This document shows, in pieces, positions 22,959-33,224 of a DNA stretch of 64,000 bases; positions within the stretch are counted from its first letter, which is position 1, and every line of letters starts with the position of its first letter. The notes beneath the pieces were generated by a model. It saw only the letters and a program-made list of their open reading frames with translations, was not told where the DNA came from and searched no databases. The stretch is from the NCBI RefSeq assembly GCF_046119375.1, contig NW_027362765.1, forward strand, positions 93,372,001-93,436,000, written 5' to 3'. The DNA comes from Phyllobates terribilis. Taxonomy: Eukaryota. The translations under genes were made by a program, and so were the position numbers.

Positions 22959-24888
22959 ATATCTATCTATCTATTATCTATCTCTTTATCTATCTCTCTA
23001 ATTATCTATCTATCCCATTTCTATCTATCCCATATCTATCTATCTATCTATCTATCTGTCTATCTATCTATCCCATATCTATCTATTTATCAATCTATCC
23101 CATATCTATCTGTCTATCTATCTATCTATCTATCTATCTGTCTGTCTGTCTATCTATCTATATCTATTTCTATTTTTCTATGCCCCTTAATGTATTTGTT
23201 GCACCTTTTAGGGGACCAAGCACCAAAATCTTGTAGCATAAATTACTGTGAGTTTTTGGGCTGTGATTGCCCCCTTTCCTCAAGCCCCGTTTACTTTTTT
23301 TTCCAAATGTCAAAACTGATATATAGCACAAAACTCGTTATATATTGATGCATCTAAGTACTGCACAAATCTTAATAGGCCAGGTTCCTGCTGTGAACTC
23401 GTTAATTAAGCCCTCAGTATAATAGATTTACAAGTAGGGGGAATATGGAGCTTCTATTTAAAGAGCAGATACTGAAGTCACAATTTACGAGATGAGGCGA
23501 CAAGTTAAAATTCTGCCCAGAAAGACACATCACTAAGTGCAATGCATTAAATAAATGTCAAGTCAGAAAGTTTTAGGAACAATAAGCGCTCAGCTTCCCA
23601 CTGTTCTGGGTCCAGCCCTATTATACTGCCACGCTGCCTGTCTGTAATCACTTATTAAAGGGAAGTTATCATCAGAAAATTACCTATTGTTTAAATCATT
23701 TTTTTTATGTTAAATATTGGCAATTTTTTTCCATATCACAATCTGTATATGAAAAAAATAATAATAAAAATCTTGCAATTTTCACTCTGGCCACTGGGGC
23801 TATTTTAGACTCTAACTTCCTGCTGTTTCAGGAAACAATGCATGTACATTAGCAGCAATGAAAAGACTCCCGACCCTTCCCTTTTGTACTGAAGCGTCTA
23901 ATGAGTGTGTGCTAATGTAATAATGGGGAAGGACCTAGCCTTCCTTTGGCACTGATGTAGTTAAAAAAAAAAGGGAATGTTCCCGGAATAAGACCTCTCT
24001 GAACTGTTGGTAGGCCAAGCTAAGGGGGGAACTTAGTGCCCTGATCAAGCTTCGAGTGTTTATACAGTTTGCTCCTGACATAATTCCTTGTGGGCTGCAG
24101 TACTTGTAACCAGCCACAAGATGCCACTGTCCCTGTGTTACAGATAGCAATGGGGTTAATGGTGTGTGATGACAGCCCACAGAGGGTGGGCAGATTAGGA
24201 ATCTCTGTTTAGCTCCAGCAGCAGGAAGTGATGGGTGATTAGGGGTTAGGACAGTGAACCATACGGGCAGCCTGAGTATATGGTGGCTGCTAGTGTAGAC
24301 GGGAGCTCCATACCCTCAGATAGTGCGACCATCAGTGTAAAGATCTCCCTGCGCAAGAGTCCTGTTAGCCAGCCGGAGAAGCTCAACGGAGGTATTGAGA
24401 ACCCGGGGCACTTCTAGTCTGCAGTTAGCAGAGGAAGATAAATGGGACTCCAGGCTAAGACGTGGGGGAGATATTGGATCCGGAACACTGCTGGTATTGC
24501 AGAAGAGTCTCTTGGGCTAGAGATTAGAGTCACAGAGATGCTTCACCTAAAGGGGGAACCAGGGCTGAAGATGTTGCCAGCGCCTGTGAGGGAGATAATA
24601 GCCTGTCGGGCCTTATCCATTATATCTGCCTGTAAATATTGTACATATTCCTCTTCCCCAAGTAAAGTCCAAGTTATGGTTAAGAACCTCGTGTCCGCTG
24701 AATTTATTGCTGCCCTGGTCCCAGAAGAGAAGTGCCTGGAGACAGCCACGATCGGATGGTTTGAAGTAAGTGGAGAGTCCCACATACACAGCCACACATC
24801 AGAGGGAGGACACGAATTGTCTGTAGGGTGCCAGAGTGAGAGGGGGCTACAGCCCGCCCACGACTACCTCACCGGGGCTCCTTACATT

Positions 24889-24906
24889 TGGCGTAGTCGG
24901 CAGGAT
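24889..24906 (+). promoter_or_regulatory. G3 primer-binding site, tRNA-Ser(AGA/UGA type)
   Basis: TGGCGTAGTCGGCAGGAT, 2 nt after the LTR CA; identical to the G2 PBS over 18 nt. Confidence 0.9.
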
Positions 24907-25900
24907 GCGAGCTCCTCGCATGAAGAAAACGGGGAAGAGCCAACGCAGAACACTGAAGAGAAAGTGTTGGAAGGCATGCGGCCAATGATGGCGGCCTGAA
25001 GCATGGATTCCAAGATGGTGACAGTGGCGGTAAAGTACAGGGGAAGAACCGCCTATCGTGGGAGTGGGCGGCGTCGGAGAGTGCGAACAGATGTCCAGGC
25101 CCTACGAGTTCCGGCCCAAAGGAGGATGGGCTCAACAGTGAAGATGCGTCCCAGTATGGGACGTCCAGTGAAGAAAAGGGTGCGGCGCAAAGCGAAGTCC
25201 GGCCCAGTGAGTACCAGTGCGACCAGAGAAGGGGCGCGGCTGAAGGCGGGGCTGCTGAGAGAGATGTGTGACCTGATGGTCGCGTCAGAAGACCGGCCCA
25301 GAAGGAGGAGGAGTTGGACGCGTGTCATCGGTAAGCGACCAGCGCCATTTTCTGTCCATCGCACGAGGGAAGAAGGTGCTACAGCGGATGCTCCATGAAA
25401 ATGGCAGCCGGAGAGTCCGACGACATGACAAAAATGAGCGGTGAGGAGGAGATCTTGAAGCTTATCACCCTAGGGGCCGCAGCCGGAAGCCACTCGCCTG
25501 TGGGCACAGCCCACGAGTCCTTACCACCAGTGGCCGTCCAGTGGTCTACTAGGCCTGAACCGGAGGTGGGTCTGCTCGTTCATGAGCTGCACGTGTGGTG
25601 CTGGAGCCGGATGCCGGAAGATGCTTCCTCCTCGGCGGAGAGCGAAGAACATCCCGGTGGGGCCGAAGCGGCAGCTACAGCATAGCCCGATGAAGGTGAG
25701 CGGCCTATACCCTGTTGGCTGGTTCCGCTCGCGACGCCCGCAGTAATAACTCCCGGGGCGGCGGCGGAGGCCGCTAGCCCTGAAGGGGTTGTCACAGAGG
25801 CGAGGCCTCCAAGGAGAAAGGCCACACAAATAAATTGGTGGCAGATGGCGCTGGAGGCCCTAAACACCCCCTCGGCGAAGCGCTACTCCGAGCTTGGTAG

Positions 25901-26436
25901 CCTGAGGCTGACAACACGCAACCCCCCAATGACACCACGGGAGCAGCGGCGGTGGAGCGATACTTTCTTAAGAGGCTGGCTGGAAGGGTCCAACGCGGCG
26001 CGGAGGGAGTCGGTGGAGGCTTCCCAGACCCGGGTCGGGTCATAGAATTCCACATCCGAGAGGGGTACGGGTTCCTGGAAGAAGAGTGGACCGGGCACGA
26101 GGTGTTTGTTACTCGCGAGGTGATTAAGAGAGACTTTCTGCCCGATCGTCTCCATAATTTGCGTGTGGGAGACATAGTGCACTTCGTGAAGTGCGAGTGT
26201 TCCAGAGGGTGTACGCGCCTGCGCTCACCCGACCTTATGAATGGAAGGATGTCCTTGAGAAGGACGAAGAGGTCTTCCGGCGGAGGGCCAGAAGAGAGGC
26301 TCTGCAGCGCTGGGCTAGGGCAGCCCCCAAAAGATTCCTACCCCCTCCTAAGGCCGGTGTCCTGCAAGAAGAGGAGCCCAGGAAACGGCAGTGGAGAGAG
26401 ATTGAGAGTGAAGAGGAGGAAGGCTTCACAAGCTGA
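25901..26436 (+). pseudogene. Cold-shock-domain (OB-fold, RNP1/RNP2) protein remnant in G3
   Basis: GRVIEFHIREGYGFLEEEWTGHEVFVTREVIKRDFLPDRLHNLRVGDIVHFVKCECSRG (26033-26209). Restoring one base at ~26210 continues as WYAPALTRPYEW. Matches the CSD pattern G.V..F....GYGF.......VFV...I......L..GD.V.F......G..A. Confidence 0.75.
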
Positions 26437-27204
26437 CTCTCCCAGTGAGGAGCATGTTGAAGAATCGTCGCTAAAACACCCAGGAGGGGCTGAGGGAGCT
26501 GGTCCGGGAGCTGTCGGGGAAGTACAAGCTGGTGCCAGCAATGTGGTCCATAATTTTAGGGTCACCAGCTATGGCCCTACCCAGGTTGGCTGCGGCAGTG
26601 CCACGTCCTCGGATGAGGATTATGGGCCCACAGGTACCCTGACCAGCCTTGGAGGTGGAAGAAGCCACCTTCATCCGCAACATGGGCGGCCTTCATGAAG
26701 GAGCGGAGGGAGGCCCGGAAGAAGTGAGCTGGTCTGTTAAGAGGTCCATAGACCTTATCATTTCTTCCTGCAGGAGGATCCACCAGCGGTGGTTCTGTTT
26801 CTGGGACTGTTTCCCAATGGGGGCGGAGTGCCCCATGTTGATCTGGAGTTGGAGAAAAGAATTGGAGGACGGTTTCCCCTACCTCCCAGGCCAAAGAAGG
26901 CCTTAAGCAGCACTAAGTTGTGAACCCAAGCGAGCTGTTCTTTTTGTTTCTACTTTTATTTTTATTTTTGTTGCGCTTGTTGTGCCTTTTTCTGCTGGAA
27001 TTTGTAGCACTGAGGCACACTGTGAGGATGACTGTCCTCTAAACCTAAGAAACTTGCGGCCTAGCGGGGAGAACCGGTGACCCCCGCTAGGGCCAACAAG
27101 AAAGAGACTCACGGGGTGTTTCCTGTGACCGCGTGCCTCAGAATGCAGCCCTTGAAGGAGATTGAGGACTATTGGTGTGTTGACCTGTCTTTAAAAAATA
27201 TATA

Positions 27205-28839
27205 CAGTACAGACCAAAAGTTTGGACACACCTTCTCATTTAAAGATTTTTCTGTATTTTCATCACTATGAAAATTGTACATTCACACTGAAGGCATCAA
27301 AACTATGAATTAACACATGTTGAATTATATACTTAACAAAAAAGTGTGAAACAACTGAAAATATGTCTTATATTCTAGGTTCTTCAAAATAGCCACCTTT
27401 TGCTTTGATGACTGCTTTGCACACTCTTGGCATTCTCTTGATGAGCTTCAAGAGGTAGTCACCGGAAATGGTTTTCACTTCACAGGTGTGCCCTGTCAGG
27501 TTTAATAAGTGGGATTTCTTGCCTTATAAATGGGGTTGGGAACATCAGTTGTGTTGTGCAGAAGTCTGGTGGATACCCAGCTGATAGTTCTACTGAATAG
27601 ACTGTTGGAATTTGTATTGTGGCAAGAAAAAAGCAGCTAAGCTAAGTAAAGAAAAACGAGTGGCCATCATTACTTTAAGAAATGAAGGTCAGTCAGTCCG
27701 AAAAATTGGGAAAACTTTGAAAGTGTCCCCAAGTGCAGTTGCAAAAACCATCAAGCGCTACAAAGAAACTGGCTCACATGAGGACCACCCCAGGAAAGGA
27801 AGACCAAGAGTCACCTCTGCTTCTGAGGATAAGTTTATCCGAGTCACCAGCCTTAGAAATCGCAGGTTAACAGCAGCTCAGATTAGAGACTAGGTCAATG
27901 CCACACAGAGTTCTAGCAGCAGACACATCTCTACAACAACTGTTAAGAGGAGACTTTGTGCAGCAGGCCTTCATGGTAAAATAGATGCTAGAAAACCACT
28001 GCTAAGGACAGGCAACAAGCAGAAGAGACTTGTTTGGGCTAAAGAACACAAGGAATGGACATTAGACCAGTGGAAATCTGTGCTTTGGTCTGATGAGTCC
28101 AAATTTGAGATCTTTGGTTCCAACCACCGTGTCTTTGCGCGATGCAGAAAAGGTGAACGGATGGACTCTACATGCCTGGTTCCCACCGTGAAGCATGGAG
28201 GAGGAGGTGTGATGGTGTGGGGGTGCTTTTCTGGTGACACTGTTGGGGATTTATTCAAAATTGAAGGCATACTGAACCAGCATGGCTACCACACCATCTT
28301 GCAGCGGCATGCTATTCCATCCGGTTTGCGTTTAGTTGGACCATCATTTATTTTTCAACAGGACAATGACCCCAAACACACCTCCAGGCTGTGTAAGGGC
28401 TATTTGACCAAGAAGGAGAGTGATGGGGTGCTACGCCAGATGACCTGGCCTACACAGTCACCAGACCTGAACCCAATCGAGATGGTTTGGGGTGAGCTGG
28501 ACCGCAGAGTGAAGGCAAAAGGGCCAACAAGAGCTAAGCATCTCTGGGAACTCCTTCAAGATTGTTGGAAGACCATTTCCGGTGACTACCTCTTGAAGCT
28601 CATCAAGAGAATGCCAAGAGTGTGCAAAGCAGTCATCAAAGCAAAAGGTGGCTACTTTGAAGAACCTAGAATATAAGACATATTTTCAGTTGTTTCACAC
28701 TTTTTTGTTAAGTATATAATTCCACATGTGTTAATTCATAGTTTTGATGCCTTCAGTGTGAATGTACAATTTCCATAGTCAAGAAAATACAGAAAAATCT
28801 TTAAATGAGAAGGTGTGTCCAAACTTTTGGTCTGTACTG
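27205..28839 (+). mobile_element. Tc1-like DNA transposon, DD38E (Intruder-type), inactive
   Basis: TA TSDs, ~270-bp TIRs starting CAGTACAGACCAAAAG. Transposase ~27619-28676 with WSDESKF / FQQDNDPKH / SPDLNPIE and 38 residues between the second D and the E. Start is GTG, with a 5-bp duplication and a TAG at 27891. Confidence 0.93.
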
Positions 28840-30954
28840 TATATATATGGACATGGATACTGTGTTTCCAGGGTCCTTACCAAGAAGGACCGATACTTCT
28901 GAGAAGTTTTGAAAGTTGACAATGAACTGTCCTGAATTGCTGTTCCGGGGCCCTTAACCGAGAAGGGCCGGTCTTCCACCCAAGAAGAGGACTTCAGGAC
29001 CAGTCTTTTACTAAAATGTTTTAAGTAATGTGATGTGATGCTAATCTGTATTGGTTGCCTAGTGTGGTCGGGGACGACCAACATTAAAGTGTGGGGGAAT
29101 GTAATAATGGGGAAGCACCTAGCTTTCCTTTGGCACTGATGTAGTTAAAAAAAAGGGAATGTTCCCAGAGTTAGACCTCTCTGAACTGTTGGTAGGCCAA
29201 GCTAAGGGGGGAACTTAGTGCCCTGATCAAGCTTCGAGTGTTTATACAGTTTGTTCTTGACATAATTCCTTGTGGGCTGCAGTACTTGTAACCAGCCACA
29301 AGATGCCACTGTCCCGGGTGCAGATGCCAGGTTGAGTCTGTCAGCAGTGTTACAGATAGCGATGGGGTTAATGGTGTGTGATGACAGGCCACAGAGGGGG
29401 GGCAGATTAGGAATCTCTGTTTAGCTCCAGCAGCAGGAAGTGATGGGTGATTAGGGTTTACGACAGTGAACCATACGGGCAGCCTGAGTATATGGTGGTT
29501 GCTAGGGTAGACGGGAGCTCCATACCCTCAGATAGTGGGACCATCAGTGTAAAGATCTCCCTGCGCAAGAGTCCTGTTAGCCGTCCGGAGAAGCCCAACG
29601 GAGGTATTGTGAACCCGGGGCACTTCTAGTCTGCAGTTAGCAGAGGAAGATAAATAGGACTCCAGGCTAAGACGTGGGGGAGATATTGGATCCGGAACAC
29701 TGCTGGTATTGCAGAAGAGTCTCTTGGGCTAGAGATTAGAGTCACAGAGATGCTTCACCTAAAGAGGGAACCAGGGCTGAAGATGTTGCAAGCGCCTGTG
29801 AGGGAGATAATAACCTGCCAGGCCTTATCCATTATATCTGCCTGTAAATATTGTACATATTCCTCTTCCCCAAGTAAAGTCCAAGTTATGGTTAAGAACC
29901 TCGTGTCCTCTGAATTTATTGCTGCCCTGGTCCCAGAAGAGAAGTGCCTGGAGACTGCCGCGATCGGATGGTTTGAAGTAAGTGGAGAGTCCCACATACA
30001 CAGCCACACATCAGAGGGAGGACAGGAATTGTCTGTAGGATGCCAGAGCGAGAGGGGGCTACAGCCCGCCCATGACTAGCTCACCAGGGCTCCTTACACA
30101 AAGATCATTATGAAGAGAGGGGGAGGCGGTCAGCTGTGACATCACATTGTGTTGATATATTTGATGGATCCTGTGCTGCCAGCTGTGTATAGAGGTGTTA
30201 CCTGTCATTGCAATCCTGCATCTGATGACAATGAGACTGCTGAAAACTCTTCCTGAAAGGATAGGAAGTATGAATCTAAAAAATTCCCAGTGGCCAGTGT
30301 GAAAAATTATTTTTTTTATTACTAATTTTGTTATTATTATTATCACGATTAAAGATATTAAAGATTGTGATATGATTTTAAACAATAGGTTGATTTCTGA
30401 TAACACGTGTCCTTTAAAGTGTTATTACAAGAATCCCAAAATAATGGCAGGGCTTAGCAAAACCACACCCAAAAGTAGATCATATTTTCCTGCAATGTCC
30501 AAAAGGCTACGATAAAAGCAAAAATCATACAAGATTTGGCGAATCACATTGGGTGTGTGGTCTCAGGATGCTTCGGTATTCCACAGAGCCCCATCATCCG
30601 GATCCACATTCAGTGGATGGATATTGGAGACGTGGAAAGGTGTAGTAAGGTTCCCCTTGGCTAAATACTAATGAGAACCTCGACACCAGTGATAATAGTG
30701 TACGTCTCACAGCTTCCCCCTGACTAAACAGTTTCTCTGCTGGTAAGTGCAGCGGGCTGAAGTGTGTGTCAGTGAAGATAGCAGATAAAGAAGCAGGAAA
30801 GGACATTGTAGTTAAAAACAGAATTCCCTCTACTGCAAGTTTAGAAGATGAAAAGCTATAGCAGACAACAGGCACAATAAGTGATACACAGTCACCTATC
30901 CCATAACATAGACACCTATAGGTCTACTTGCTGTTACAGGGAGAGATACTCAAA

Positions 30955-32165
30955 CCCACAGTCTATGGACCCATAGTCTCTGGACTCACAGTCTCAATAC
31001 TCACAATCTAGGGACCCACAGTCTCAGGACTCACAGTCTATGGACCCACAGTCTATGGACCCACAGTCTCTGGACTCACAGTCTATGGACCCACAGTCTC
31101 TGGACTCACAGCTATGGACTAACAGTCTATGGATCCACAGTCTATGGACCCACAGTCTCTGGACTCACAGTCTATGGACCCACAGTCTCTGGACTCACAG
31201 CTATGGACTCACAGTCTATGGATCCACAGCCTCAGGACTCACAGTCTATGGATCCACAGCCTCAGGACTCACAGTCTATGGACCCACAGTCTCTGGACTC
31301 ACAGTCTATGGACCCACACTCTCTGGACTCACAACTATGGACTAACAGTCTATGGATCCACAGTCTCAGGACTCACAGTCTATGGACCCACAGTCTCAGG
31401 ACTCACAGTCTATGGACCCACAGTTTCTGGACTCACAGTCTATGGACCCACAGTCTCTGGACTCACAGCTATGGACTAACAGTCTATGGATCCACAGCCT
31501 CAGGACTCACAGTCTATGGATCCACAGCCTCAGGACTCACAGTCTTATGGATCCACAGCCTCAGGACTCACAGTCTATGGACCCATAGTCTCTGGACTCA
31601 CAGCTATGGACTAACAGTCTATGGATCCACGGTCTCAGGACTCACAGTCTATGGATCCACAGCGTCAGGACTCACAGTCTATGGATCCACAGCCTCAGGA
31701 CTCACAATCTCAGGAGCCATGGTCTCAGAACTCACAATCTCAGGAGCCACGGTCTCAGGACTCACAGTCTATGGAGCCACGGTCTCAGGACTCACAGTCT
31801 ATGGATCCACAGCCTCAGGACTCACAATCTCAGGAGCCACGGTCTCAGGACTCACAATCTCAGGAGCCACGGTCTCAGGACTCACAGTCTATGGACCAAC
31901 AGTCTCAGGGCTCACAATCTCAGGGGCAACAGTCTCAGGATCCATAGCCTTAGGACTCTCAGGACCTACAGTCTCAAGACTCACAGCCTATGGACTTGCA
32001 GTCTCAGAAGACACAGAATCAAGACCCACAGCCTCAGGACCTACAGTCTCAGGACTCACATTCTGTGCAACCACAATCTCCGAAGACACAGTCTATGGAC
32101 CTACAGTCTCAGGACTCACAGTCTATGGACCCACAGTCTTAGGACTCACAGTCTATGGACCTGCA
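30955..32165 (+). repeat. 15-bp minisatellite (GGACTCACAGTCTAT / GGACCCACAGTCTCT alternating), ~80 units
   Basis: Direct reading; produces the MDPQS-LDSQS / GLTVY-GPTVS / WTHSL ORFs. Confidence 0.92.
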
Positions 32166-32334
32166 GATTTAGCACCCACAGTCCCATGACACCCATTGAG
32201 CAGCTCTACTCCACTGATCCTTTCCTTATTTCTCATCTCTCCAGCTCAGCTGTTCACAGTTTGATATGTCTATGATCTTCTGCCATTCTGGATCTCACAT
32301 CTCCCTTCCTATGTGTCTCTCACTGCTCTAGACT

Positions 32335-32760
32335 TTAACTCCAGAATGACTGGGTGATTTTTCATTTTTGCGTTTTCGTTTTTTTCCCTCCTTTTCTTCC
32401 AAAAACCATAACTTTTTTATTTTTCCATTGACATAGCTGCATAAGGGCTTGTTTTTCGCAGGACAACTTTTAGTTTTGAACAACACCGTTCATTTTACTA
32501 TAAACTCTACTGAAAAAAAAATCCTAGTAGGGTGAAACAAGGAAAATAAACCGCAATGACACCACTGTTTTTTAGGTTTTGTTTTTACGGCAATCATTGT
32601 GCAGTAAAAATGGTAACATGATTACCATTTCGTCAGTACGATTAGTATCTTATTATGGCATATATTTTTTTCTGGGTGGAAGGGAGAGGCGATTGAATAA
32701 TGGCAATTCTGACGCTTTCGATTTTCTTGAACTGAAAAAAATTGGAAATTTAAATAAAGT
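32335..32760 (+). mobile_element. Degenerate fragment of the TTAA-flanked (piggyBac-like) non-autonomous family also at 61983-63237
   Basis: Shares CCATA.C.TTTTTATTTTT...GACATAGC...AGGGCTT.TTTTT.GC.GGAC with 62020-62075. Confidence 0.55.
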
Positions 32761-32899
32761 CATGCAGTCACCACTAGAGGGAGCTCATTGCATGCACATT
32801 TATTCCCAGTGAACAAAATGCCTGAAAAAAATGTATATAAGGAGCTGTAGCTTGAAGCAACTGCAAACAGCAATAACCCCCAACTAACCAATCATAAAC

Positions 32900-33224
32900 G
32901 ACATCTTCAGGTCACATGATTAAATCATTACCCACGTGACATAGTCTAACGCGTGAAAACTACGAGTTCCGTAATGTCAACTTCCGTCCTACTCGACAAT
33001 GATCCAGTCAGTATGGTTCGCAAGGCATGGCGGGATGTGTAGTTCAGCTTTTACCCACCAATCACGTGACAAGCTCCATTGTAGGTTCTAATAAACTACA
33101 AATCCCATCACGCCACCTGCGACATGTTTAGTACTCTGGACCATGTATTTTCTTCGCAAGTCATTTCGGGAAATGTAGTCTAAAAAAAAAGTGACTGCCG
33201 TTTCCTGACTGCTGGCAGGTAAAC
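32900..33224 (+). promoter_or_regulatory. COG1 proximal promoter: ZNF143/THAP11-type ACTACA motifs and E-boxes
   Basis: ACTACACATCCCGCCATGC (minus, 33025-33043), ACTACAAATCCCA (33095-33107), ACTACATTTCCC (minus, ~33168-33179), TCACGTGAC (33062-33070), CCACGTGAC (~32931-32939). Confidence 0.7.

Larger units (their letters stand above)
21385..23170 (+). repeat. Degenerate (TCTA)n/(TATC)n microsatellite field containing the assembly gap and inserts
   Basis: Blocks ~21385-21509, 21647-21664 and 22469-23170. The 278-aa Y/L/S/I 'ORF' at 22400-23236 is its translation. Confidence 0.9.
23916..30098 (+). mobile_element. Non-autonomous LTR element G3 (no pol) carrying a cold-shock-domain ORF remnant
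   Basis: LTRs 23916-24886 and 29100-30098 (TGTAATAATGGGG...CTCCTTACA, ~96% identical plus a ~30-bp indel), tRNA-Ser PBS 24889-24906, PPT 29085-29099, imperfect TSD CTAA/CAAA. Internal region is ~2.6 kb without the Tc1 insert. Confidence 0.9.
23659..30413. mobile_element. Kolobok/T2-like MITE (TTAA TSD) split by G3
   Basis: TTAA|AGGGAAGTTATCATCAGAAAATTACCTATTGTTTAAATC versus the reverse complement of the right end TTAA|AGGACACGTGTTATCAGAAATCAACCTATTGTTTAAAATC. Confidence 0.75.

Noticed and set aside
22400-23236. 278-aa ORF rich in Y/L/S/I
   Set aside because: Translation of the (TCTA)n microsatellite; no coding signal.
24861-24899. CGACTAC in G3 U5 complementary to the PBS core GTAGTCG (possible PBS-occluding hairpin)
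   Set aside because: Only 7 bp, and two of those positions differ in the 3' LTR; too weak without more copies.
30540-30880. Possible exon of an upstream neighbour gene (such as SSTR2 or SLC39A11, expected from human synteny)
   Set aside because: No frame gave a recognisable peptide bounded by credible splice sites.
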